56,642 bases of DNA from Phoronis australis (lineage: Eukaryota > Animalia > Phoronida), in contig NMRA01001066.1 of the NCBI GenBank assembly GCA_002633005.1, forward strand, positions 1 to 56,642, written 5' to 3'. Below the pieces are notes generated by a model. The model saw only the letters and a list, made by a program, of their open reading frames with translations. It was not told the DNA's origin and made no database searches. Of this stretch, positions 23,916 through 34,059 are shown in pieces. Positions within the stretch are counted from its first letter, which is position 1, and every line of letters begins with the position of its first letter. The position numbers were made by a program, and so were the translations under genes.

Positions 23916-25509
23916 TTGTCGACCCGAAAGTTGACAGGAGAAGCTAAAAACGAAATACTGGAACTGGGTGACATTTCGTGGCTGTTATCCAGTTCACTAA
24001 ATCTTCCAAGAATACATTTTGTAAGTGACACGAGGGGAACTGAATGGCAATGTTTGGTTTACATTAAAACTACCCCAAGGGCTTGCTTAGGACAGACGAT
24101 AGACAAAATGATGTATTAGTTCCCGTTAAAATTTCAGTTGTACATAACTTGTCTGAATTTATTATTGTGCAAATATAGAAGGTGGCTTGCAGTATTCTTC
24201 CTTAGCCAGACCAGGCAATTGCGACTCGGTATAACCTCAGAGACCAGTTTTGCAAGTGACGGTTTGATGGGTCTTGCTGTAGGTTTTAGGATCGTGGGTT
24301 GAAGGGGTAGTGGGAAGAAGAGGTGGGAGTGTAGGGCCTTTGTAGTTGTAACCCGTAAAAATACGGTTATTTACCTTGCCAGCCTCGTTTCCACGAAGTC
24401 TCCCCCCTTATACTGTTAACTCTAGCTACAGCGCGAAAAGAGTAAAGCTATTGCAATTAATCTTTCTATACAGTCACAGTTGTTACCATCACGGATCCGG
24501 ACCAAGGCATAACAGTTTCAATGCCCCAATAACGGGGGAGAATTTCCGTACCGATCTGTTGCTTCATTATCTTGAATAACAATTACGTGTCCTGGGCTTC
24601 AAGCAATTATGACACGATTGTATTTACGTACATGCAAATGTTTAGGCTAGTGATACATTGCTGAACAATATCATGTGATTTTGCGCGGCATGATAGAGAA
24701 GAAAAAATTGTCTTGAATTGTCTTCGAGGCTACGTTTTCATAAATCAAATGCGTACGTTCCACGAGTTGTCAACTCTCATTAGATAAAATCATTTGTGAA
24801 GTTTAATTATTAGACATTATTAACTAAAATGAAGTATAATAAGACAAAATAAAATATTTGTGAAACGTCATGTTTATGAAACTGAGGTTACTTCATACTG
24901 TATTCAATTATCCAGTCGTAAACTCGACTAATAGTGAAATTCATTGGTCGCTTTTACCAGCGACTGGCACTTTTCTCTTTCGTTCTCTGTACATATGCCC
25001 GCCCAACCCAAGTGTATGTTAAACCATGCATTACAACGTCGGACCTACCCGATTGCACTTTATTTCATTCAAGTATTCAACAGCAGCCTTGGATTTTTGC
25101 ATCAGTAATTTCTCTAGTGTGCTCGGGAATTCCCTAGGAATTATTGACGATCACGCAGACATTCAAGAAGTTGCTGTTTGTAATAAAATTGCTTAAATGT
25201 CTAGTGTAAACCAATTAGCCAATGGGATTGGTGCTAACGTAATGGCTTGATAGTATCAAAAGTTCTTTTTAACATTAAATCTCCATAAAGTTGTACACAT
25301 GCTGAATAACTTATTTTGTGTGGAAATGATTTTTTTTTACACTTGTAATCATATGTCATTGTAATTTTAACGTCAGTTTTTTAATTTATGTATTTGTGTA
25401 TAATAACTGTATATATTTCTTTGCATGTATTTAAGCCAGATACAATGCCTGTTGGCGCTTTCTAGATATGTATAAATTGTACTGAATATTTCATAATAAA
25501 CATTTGAAA

Positions 25510-25696
25510 AAACAATGACCTAACGTGACCTAATCAGATGCCTCATTATCATTAATCAATTTTAAAAAGGAATAATCCTAATTTAAAATTTTAATTTTCT
25601 TAATATTAATTTTTGATCTGGACATCCCCAAACAGTTTTAGACAATTGGTGGAAAGCATTACCACTAAGGAAAGGGACAACCGTTTTGGCGCACTA
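25510..25696. mobile_element. Solo TAG-type (Academ-like) transposon end
   Basis: tgacctaa repeats followed by ...ggacaaccgttttggcgcacta; no partner end identified. Confidence 0.4.
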
Positions 25697-26004
25697 CGTA
25701 TTTTCATATGTAATTTATGAAGGAACTGTAAGGTTCATTGTCAGTCAGCTTTCCAAACACTGTGTTTTAATGTTGAAGTATGACCAACTCGGTCCCTGAT
25801 GATAACATTTTACGGGTGCTGATAGCCTTTAAAATATATGCATGACTTACCCATACTAACGGCACCGTTTTTCAGGCATTTCGTGTAGCATAGAATCTTC
25901 TTATGTCTACCAGTAGATGTCACTGAGGGAGCGAACTGTGGGTCACGTAACTCAGTCTTATCCTTGAACCCACCGTCATGAATGAAGTCGGCGATAAAGT
26001 TATG

Positions 26005-26152
26005 CATGGGCCGCGCAGCACTGAAAAAAGTGGGGGCTAAAGCCCGCTCTGCTCCCCTGTGGCGCACCGCTTATAGACCATGTGCGGCGTAGCACTGAAA
26101 AAAGTGGGGGGGCTATAGCCCCCTCTCAGCCCCCTGTGGTGCGCCGCCTATG
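26005..26152. mobile_element. GC-rich MITE made of two tandem units of about 70 bp, 5-bp TSD
   Basis: Two copies of agcactgaaaaaagtggggg..cccctgtgg; CATG../..TATG ends; ttatg flanks at 26000-26004 and 26153-26157. Confidence 0.65.
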
Positions 26153-26479
26153 TTATGTGTTTTGTCACTGACTGAGAGGGTGCTTTCAAACCGTGGGCTA
26201 CTGGTAGACGCATAAGGAATAATCAACACTGGACCTAGAAGCTGAGGAGGTTATGGTTGAGGGTTGAAAGGATCGGAGGAACTTGATCTTCGGTCAGCAG
26301 AAATTAGTCTACTGGAGACGATGTTCAGAGAGTACCCTCTGACACAACGCCACCCATATTGAAAAGTAGCTTTGTGGGAACACGATGAACAACAAACGGA
26401 ATTCCGTGTGTGGGTAGCAATTCGCATGCCTTGTGCGGAAGTATAACGATCACATCGCTACCACTTGCACACGCCTTAT

Positions 26480-26860
26480 GCACAGTACCTAGGCCTACTT
26501 GTTTGGGCTAAGCCTCTGAGCCGGGGTTCCATTGATTTTGTTTACTCCAGTCGATCACTGCCCATTAGAAGTCGGTGGTCGCCCGTCATTTGGGAAACAG
26601 TAAATTGAAAGAAGTTTCCCCGATTTCAACCAATGGTAATTATTGAATGTTATGACGGATGAGATGCCATATTAAATAACATGCGACAGTGCTACCATTC
26701 GGCACTGTGGAAGACTGTATTCAGAGAGGTGATTTTGCAGGGAGAAGAAACTCGTAAACTAAACATGCCTAGCTGAAGTATCAGAAAACATCTTCTACAA
26801 GTTTATAAACACCTAGCACGTGATTGAAACCTCACCAGAATCTAAAAACTGGCATTTTAT
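26480..26860 (+). pseudogene. Highly decayed Gypsy pol (RT/RNase H)-like remnant
   Basis: Scattered motifs only (YLG; FYKFI..HLA..KP). Confidence 0.3.
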
Positions 26861-27039
26861 CAGTGATCCATCGAGGCGGCATATTTTATTTCCCATAGTT
26901 TCGAGGAATAACGAACTGTCAGTAATTTGCAAACACAGGCCACACACATTAGCAGAGTAAGGATCGAACATTTTTATATGGGCAACTGGTCCAACTCAAA
27001 CGTTCTCGTGTCGAGTAGAATCAGGTTTGTAGCCGCTTC

Positions 27040-27201
27040 CAGGGGCGGATCCAGGATTTGAGTTGGGGGAGGGGGGCAGCAGGGCAGAGTATTGGTCAAG
27101 ATTTTGCACGTCAAATATTCGCACTCCCGAACTGCCAAATGGAAATTGGGAGAATTTTAGGGGGGCCATGGACCCCTTGGCCCCTTCTAAATCCGCCACT
27201 G
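27040..27201. mobile_element. GC-rich MITE, 5-bp TSD
   Basis: TIRs CAGGGGCGGATCC / AAATCCGCCACTG; gcttc flanks at 27035-27039 and 27202-27206. Confidence 0.8.
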
Positions 27202-27386
27202 GCTTCAACCGCCAAGCCAGCACTTGTCCAGTACCTGCACATGATACCAAAGCAGTACGGGTACCCGGTACAAAATGGTTCAAAACTGGTACGGGTCCGG
27301 TACCAGCATATTTTCGGCAAATTTGAAAATTGAATATTGATATTCTCCATGATAGCATATATTCACGAAAACAACAACGGTTTTAA

Positions 27387-27434
27387 AACTTGACATGTTT
27401 CGGTGTCATTTATTAAACACCATCCTCAGAAGTT
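27387..27434 (-). ncRNA. Minimal type I hammerhead ribozyme
   Basis: Minus strand reads aactt-CTGAGGA-t-ggtgt-ttaataaatg-acacc-GAAAC-ATGTC-aagtt: stem I aactt/aagtt, CUGAnGA core, stem II ggtgt/acacc, GAAA, palindromic ACAUGU stem III, GUC cleavage triplet. Confidence 0.85.
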
Positions 27435-27455
27435 ATACAGTAATACAGTGGCCAC

Positions 27456-28340
27456 CTAGCTAGGCCCAGCAACAAGTAATGAAGCACAGATACAGTCAGT
27501 TACAGGGAGTGACAATGAACTAGACAACAATGACAACCTGTGGTATGTCAGTTGCCTATTGAGATTGGGCTTGCACCAACTGATATGTAAAGCCTCACGA
27601 ATTTTAAGCTCCTTTGTTGTTACTGCCTGGTCTATTATTGCAAAGTCATTGAAAGAGCACTGCTGATAACAATGATTGGAGCTCTGCAGGTGAATATTTA
27701 CATGTGAATTACTGTCAGAATTTAGATGTTCCTTGGTCCTGGTTTTCAAATGGCGAACAGTTTCGCCTATATAACTGGAGCCACATCCAGCACAGATAAA
27801 TTTGTATACAACCTTGGACCGTAGACCCATAGAAATTTTGTCCTTAGGGTTAAATAAACTCGACAGTTTTAGAGACTTGAATGTTAATACAACTCTTAAG
27901 TTCACACAGTAATCATTCACCAATTTGTTGAGTTTTCGTTGAGCAATTTTGGCGTAAAACCCAACATAGGGTATTTTAAAGTACTTGTAGTTAGTTTTGT
28001 CTACAGGATGAACATCATCAGGGTTACGTTGGAGTCTTGCTTTCAGTACCCTATTGACTAATTCTAGGGGATAGCCATTCTTTTGCAAATTCGATGTAAG
28101 TTCTTTGATATTAGAATCAAATCTAGCCCAAGTGTTGTTAATGCGATATACCCTGTCTATTAGCGTTTTAATGAGACCTACTTTATAAACAAAGGATGTG
28201 AAGCTATGAAAACAAGTGTACAGTCCTGTGTAGGTCTTCTTATGAAATACTGATGTTATCACTGAGGTACCCTCACGCTCTACTAACACGTCCAGAAATG
28301 GCAAAATGTTATCGACCTCTAATTCTATACTGAATTTCAA
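27456..28340 (-). CDS. Penelope-like RT C-terminus + GIY-YIG endonuclease (partial, no true start codon)
   Basis: (HPNL)KFSIELEVDNILPFLDVLV..SVFHKKTYTG..LQKNGYP..IPYVG..VVYKFICAGCGSSYIGETVRHLKTRTKEH..H..H..LKIREALHI..PNLN. Confidence 0.9.
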   Translation of the reverse strand: MKFSIELEVDNILPFLDVLVEREGTSVITSVFHKKTYTGLYTCFHSFTSFVYKVGLIKTLIDRVYRINNTWARFDSNIKELTSNLQKNGYPLELVNRVLKARLQRNPDDVHPVDKTNYKYFKIPYVGFYAKIAQRKLNKLVNDYCVNLRVVLTFKSLKLSSLFNPKDKISMGLRSKVVYKFICAGCGSSYIGETVRHLKTRTKEHLNSDSNSHVNIHLQSSNHCYQQCSFNDFAIIDQAVTTKELKIREALHISWCKPNLNRQLTYHRLSLLSSSLSLPVTDCICASLLVAGPS

Positions 28341-28859
28341 GTTAGGATGCCGATATCATTTTGCCATTTCTGGACGTGTTAGACGTTGCGGGCGTTAATA
28401 CTGTACATTCAATGACGGCGATAACGTTAAACTGGGCAATGCGCCGAGCATACAGTACCTGGGTGTATTTTTTTCTGGCAAAACGGCCAGCAGTTTTTAA
28501 AAGGGCACTTTCCGGCTGCGTTTGGTCGTTCCCGGGTGCATTTTACTCTTACGCGTAATCGTTGAGCTAAAATTGTGGTAAGGTGAGTTAGTTGTCAGCA
28601 ATTAGATGGTTTAAACAAGCATTTTCTACCGTATGTTTTCCTTTTTCCGTACTGTACGTGTAACTTTACACAAAAGTACACGAAGAATAGAAGACCACAA
28701 AGTGCTACGGGGCTACCACTGTGGAAAAACGCTGCCAACATAGGTCTACATGTACATTGTACTTTGATTACCGCTAATGTAACATTCACAGATTCCGATT
28801 ACCTGTGTAGCTGAGCATAAAAAGAACTAGAGGTGTAGTGGCAAGAAACTCCAGGGAGC

Positions 28860-29083
28860 GAAAGATAAGACGATCGTCAGAGGAAAGGAGTCCCATCATT
28901 GGACGTTTCGGCCTTAAACTTCCCGATATCTTCTAGGACCCTGGCCACATCGGGGTCATGACTCCTCGATGTCCGTCTATCTTTTTGTCCCATGGGGGAA
29001 ATCGAACCTGTGCCATCACAGTTGCTGGTGCTTCTCATGATCTTGTAGCCTGTGGATTTGACCACTCGGCCACTGCGCCTCTG
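28860..29083 (-). mobile_element. tRNA-derived SINE-like element
   Basis: A-box TGGCCGAGTGG (29062-29072) and B-box-like GGTTCGATTTC (28998-29008) on the minus strand; no tRNA cloverleaf. Confidence 0.6.
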
Positions 29084-29114
29084 GAAATAAGTGTGATTTA
29101 CTCCTTATATGGTA

Positions 29115-29285
29115 GAGCCTCATTTCGTTTACACCAAATGCAACACGATGCATTTTATGTTATACACGCCATGTCTTTTACAACTTTGCTGATCCTTCTG
29201 CCACTCAAGCCAAGATTCTTCAAGAACGAGTACATGGATGTAGCCATGAAACCTCTGGCCCCTATGTCAACTGCGAAGATTGAAG
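29115..29285 (-). pseudogene. 3' end of a non-LTR retrotransposon with a restriction-like endonuclease (HERO/R2-group-like)
   Basis: IFAVDIGARGFMATSMYSFLKNLGLSGRRISKVVKDMA..ASCCIWCKRNE resembles VEVGxRGF...LG...ASxWIWxKR. Confidence 0.7.
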
Positions 29286-29744
29286 TACTAGTTCATTACT
29301 TTAATCAAAAACTTTACTGATGTTATTTACTTTGGTTTTAATACATTCACCAGTTGGTCAAGATAGTTAATGCAGCGGCTAGTCCTAGTGTTTAAATTGT
29401 AAACAGTAAAACATTCTGTTGGTTTGGGGGTTCTTACACAACATAATTACGCACAGTCAATGAACATCAAATTTTGACTAAGTTACAAATGTATGGGATG
29501 GACTTGAGTTTTGTGCTGCAACTTGTTGGTTTGCTGCAAGATGTCTTGAGGGATAGATTACCTGCCTCTGCAACATTAGTCGACACATGAGGATGCGTGG
29601 GATTCTATTGCCCACAAATCTGATGATGTCCATTTTTGATTTTCTGTCAGACTATATGGATTTTGGAAATATCAGTATTGTTCATGAGAACAACAGTATG
29701 CAAAAATACTTGTGGGCAATATTTGATAGCACAGAGATTGAAAT

Positions 29745-30600
29745 TACGTACACTACACAGAGGTACGTACAATACATTTCAATGACATGTCAATTTTATA
29801 AATTACTTAGAATCTACTGAGAATTAGTTCATTTCAGTACCGAATTTATTCAAAGACAACAAATAAAAAATACAGCACGTATGTGCATAGCTGTCTGTCA
29901 TTCCTTCAAAACAAGCACATGTTAAAATGTAGGGGTACGTACACTACACAAATACTAATATTTCTCTCAAAACAAATTTATTTATAATAAACACCCCTTT
30001 AACCTAACATTTTTAAGAGAGGAAACTGTGACAAATATTGCTTACTTACCGTATAATATTTATGTTTTATGGGATTTGTTAACATCGAAGAACGTACACT
30101 ACGTGGAGGTACGTACATTACATTTCGATGACATGTCAGGTTTGTAACTAAATGCTAAGAATATACCGAGAGTTTATTTACTAAATCTATTCAAAGTAAA
30201 AAAGTATAGCATTCATGTGCATATCTGTCATTCTTTGAAAATTGGCATAAAAAGTAAAATATAGGGTACATACACTACACAAATGCTAATATTTAACTCA
30301 AAACAAATGTATTTGTTATAAATATCCTTCAACCGTAAGGAAGGAAACTGTCCGAGACCAAATGTTGCTCAATTACCAAGTAATATTTTAATTTCATGGT
30401 ATTTGTAAACGTGGGTATGTACACTGCAAAAAGGGTACAAACTCTACATCACTGTTTCTGCATCACATGATAACATATCGTTGTATGGTCATTAATTTTT
30501 CTTTGATGATAGTAAGTTCCATGTTGTTATTTAAAAGGCAATAATTTCATTTGCAATCACCATTTATGTCTGAATTTCATTAAGGGGTACGTGCACTACA
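29745..30600. repeat. Diverged tandem duplication (unit about 330-345 bp) with recurring tacgtacactaca motifs; likely transposon subterminal region
   Basis: 29745-30080 resembles 30090-30410; the motif recurs at about 29746, 29936, 30092, 30267, 30416 and 30588. Confidence 0.65.
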
Positions 30601-33600
30601 TTTTGTTAGCCTTTTTGGCCCCAGTTTCAGCATTTGGTTTGTTTAGATATTGAATAATTTGCTGTCTTGTTTAGGCTAACATATTCTTCATTTTTTATTA
30701 CACAGTGTGAACTTTACTTTTTAACCTTATTTACAATAGATGGATAGAAACACAAAATTTACACATTTCATAACGAGTTCCTGTTTTAGGATAAACCCTA
30801 CCATTTCTCAGTGATTAAGCACAACAGACTTCATCTAAGTGATTCTGTAAGTGACTCGAGTTATTCCTAGTCACATCACAGCAATACTTAATAAAATAAA
30901 TTTGAAAATTGGAATTTTTAAAATGGCCACTCGTAGCGCTAAAAAGGCATGAAATTCATAGACAAAACATGTATAAAATTCTCGAACACTGTCCGATTTT
31001 GATGATTCTTTTTTAATTTGCACAACTAAATAACCTTTTGCATATGAAATTCAGTTAGCATTTCGTAAGTGACCAAAAACTTCTTTATTTTATCCCGTAA
31101 CAAAGTTGACTCTCGAATATGGACCTCGATTGTGATTTAACCAAAATCGCAGACCAGCGCAAAGCACCTCAACAGGTGTCTCTGTAGGACAGTCACTAGT
31201 CAGCAGTGTAACCTTGCTGCGATTTTGTCCGACAGGTAGATGACCTCGGCGTTTCCGACCGGTTGCATGATGATAATGATTAACCATTGACCACTTAAGA
31301 GCAGCAAAATTCCGCTTTACCACAACTCTATAATTATGTTTATTGCACTGCTCAATAACCAAACAACACAATCAACAGAACATATACAATGGAAACAAAC
31401 ATCAACCACAGTGAATGAAATACATACGCCTTCATGCAAACAAGGACATGCATAGAGATTGCCTAGATCGCTTAGTGAATTAAAGCTGTTTGTTGAGATT
31501 TTCTTTGTCAAGGCTCTGAAGGACTACAAAAATGCCCCGATTCGCTAACTTCAGAACACCACATCTCAGAAAATGGGCTTCAAATGAAACTTCCTTGCTT
31601 CACGCAAAGATCTCTGAAAGTTGTCCCAAATTGCTTTTAAAACTTAAATGAGGGACTATCACAAAAAGTAAACAATTGGAATAAGTAATCATGAAATGAA
31701 TTTTATAAAACTGTAACAACATTTTTGAGACTACCTTGATGTTTTTTAGGAAATGAAATTTCAAGTTTAATATTTTAATGCTTCTTTACAATAAACATTC
31801 ATTTGTTTTTCTTTTATTTTTTGCTAAATTTTACTGAATAGTCACACAACTAAAAAGTCGACAGATTTGCATAAAATCAAAAAACAAAATCTACAGGTTT
31901 CCTATTATTCAGAACTTTTACTGAGTTCTTTATAGTTTTGTAGGTACTTGATTGAATGCACTGACTTGTCAATAAAAACGTAACCCAAAATGGTCTTCAC
32001 TCGTAGCAGGCCACCTCAGACATACACATGAATATTACACACAAAGAAGATTTTTGGCCCCAACACCTTAGTTTCTTTGTGAAAATTCACCCTAGCAACA
32101 TAATCCGTATCTCACTGTGAATCAAGACCACGATCAAATTTGCACACCATACTAAGTATCTACAGAGAAAGCTACATTTCGCCTTGTTTAGCTGCTTAAA
32201 AATGTAAACTGAACGAGGCCTTTCGTTGTCATAAAATCGGTCTCTTAACATTGCTTGCTGACCATGATAGAACTCTGTTTCCACTACCAACAATAATATC
32301 TAAGCCATCAGAGACTCCATAATGTGCTTTAGATTTTATTGGGATTGACCCAAGCCTAAAAGTCAAAAATGGCGCATTTACGTATTGCCTGTGGCTTGAG
32401 TTGGTAACAAAGTGGAATACTGTCACAGTAAGGAAAACTAAGAGACCGATTTTACGATAGTAAAAGACTTACTTTGATTTTCATTTTTGGCTAGCTAAAC
32501 GGGAAAGTGCAGCTGAATAAATCAGCATCAACATTTGCACAAAAATATTCCAAGGTATATCACATAGTACATCAAAATTAAACTCAAGGCATGTACAACC
32601 AATGAGATTTTACCTACAATGGCATGAGCAATTCAGTGCCAACAAAAGGTCATAAAACAGACATCCATGATGAAACTAGTAAATAAACACGACATAAGCA
32701 CTTTCGGCACTGACATAAAAAGGAGATAACAAAATTTTTTAAAAAAAAATTAAATCACTTGAAAACACAACACATGATGGACAACAATAAACTACCAAAA
32801 ATTAATAACAAATATCTTGCATTGGTCACAGATTATGGATATAGTAGAATCTGTGTGAAACGGCAAATATGGTAAAAATGAGACATGTCTTATTAAAGTT
32901 CATAGAGTTATGACCAAATCTTCACTTGAGCAGCAGTTGCAACAGATCCCATGCAAATTGATCTTAAAATGCTTGAGAATATACGGGTAACATTCTACTT
33001 TATAAATCAAATATTAATTGAGAGGTGAATATCAGACTTTTACTAACTAAAGTCAAAATCATAGAAATAATATGGATTTTGACCGAGAAAAATTTGGGTG
33101 GCCTGTAAACAGTGAAAAGCACATGATTCATGACTTGAAAATAACATACTGCTTTTAGAGAAATATTAACTTTGATGTCTTTGTACAAATCAAAGGCATA
33201 GTGTAAGTAGCTCAACTTAATTTTAGATTTTTATCACAATGAAACAGAAAACTTAAGTTTGAAAGAACTTTGAGAACTGGTTGCAAATTTTGCAGTATAG
33301 AAAATCTGATGGTTTGGCAAAGGAAGACAGACATATTTTGAAAATCTAACTACCAAGAGGCTCTGAAAGCACGCTAATTAACATGCTCAATCAAATTTGA
33401 CCCAAAACACTTTGCCTAATTTACGGTAAAATTTTCCCAATTTCAGGCAAATTGACAAAACTGGACTTTCCTCAAGTTTGAAAACTAATAAGTTGAACAT
33501 AACTAATTGCGAATGCTCACAGTTTGCATTGAATTGTCTGATGGTGGTAAAGTACGCAACTCATTAAAACTATGATAAAGCATTAAGTGACATTTGGAAC

Positions 33601-33818
33601 AGAAAAAATTAAAGTAAATTTCATTTTCCAACATGTCGAGTCCTAAATGTGCGAGATTTTAATGTACAGTATTATCACATATAAGTGCTTCACTTGCAGT
33701 TTACATAAAATTGAATGCGTCAGTCTGATATTTAGAAACGGAAAAAAAATCATAAATCATTCGTTGTGTTCGTATTAAATACATGATAATAATTGCAGAA
33801 TGTGAATGAACCTAATAC

Positions 33819-33824
33819 TTTATT
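33819..33824 (-). promoter_or_regulatory. Candidate polyadenylation signal of KLHL17
   Basis: AATAAA on the minus strand about 19 nt after the stop codon; more distal AATAAA sites also exist. Confidence 0.25.
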
Positions 33825-33842
33825 TGACTTGATCACTCAAAC

Positions 33843-34059
33843 TCAGCACCTCTGAGTTTCATTCTGAAGGATCTTCCTCAGATTCATGCACTGGACAACG
33901 GATGCGCCTACACTGCTGCGACGGAGATTCATCGGCATGACTATCTCCCAGCGGTTGGTCTTCACATCGTACTTCTCCACACTGTTCAAGCTTGAGCTGC
34001 CGTCATTTCCGCCGACCGCGTACAACTGACCGTTGAGGACGACACAATCATGAGTACTT
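33843..34059 (-). CDS. KLHL17: KLHL17 last coding exon (Kelch 6 + stop)
   Basis: [42 protein letters not shown] then TGA. Confidence 0.93.

Larger units (their letters stand above)
27370..28382 (-). mobile_element. 5'-truncated Penelope-like retroelement
   Basis: Uninterrupted RT C-terminus plus GIY-YIG ORF, a 3' hammerhead motif, and a short inverted duplication at the 5' junction. Confidence 0.92.

Noticed and set aside
24934-25137. Signal-peptide-like short ORF (MKFIGRFYQRLALFSFVLCTYA-RP)
   Set aside because: Starts at GTG, is short and has no homology I can recognise. Worth revisiting only if it travels with the kinase in other copies.
28990-29083. tRNA gene
   Set aside because: A and B boxes are present but there is no cloverleaf; better explained as a SINE head. 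The same applies to the weaker A-box at about 41506-41516.
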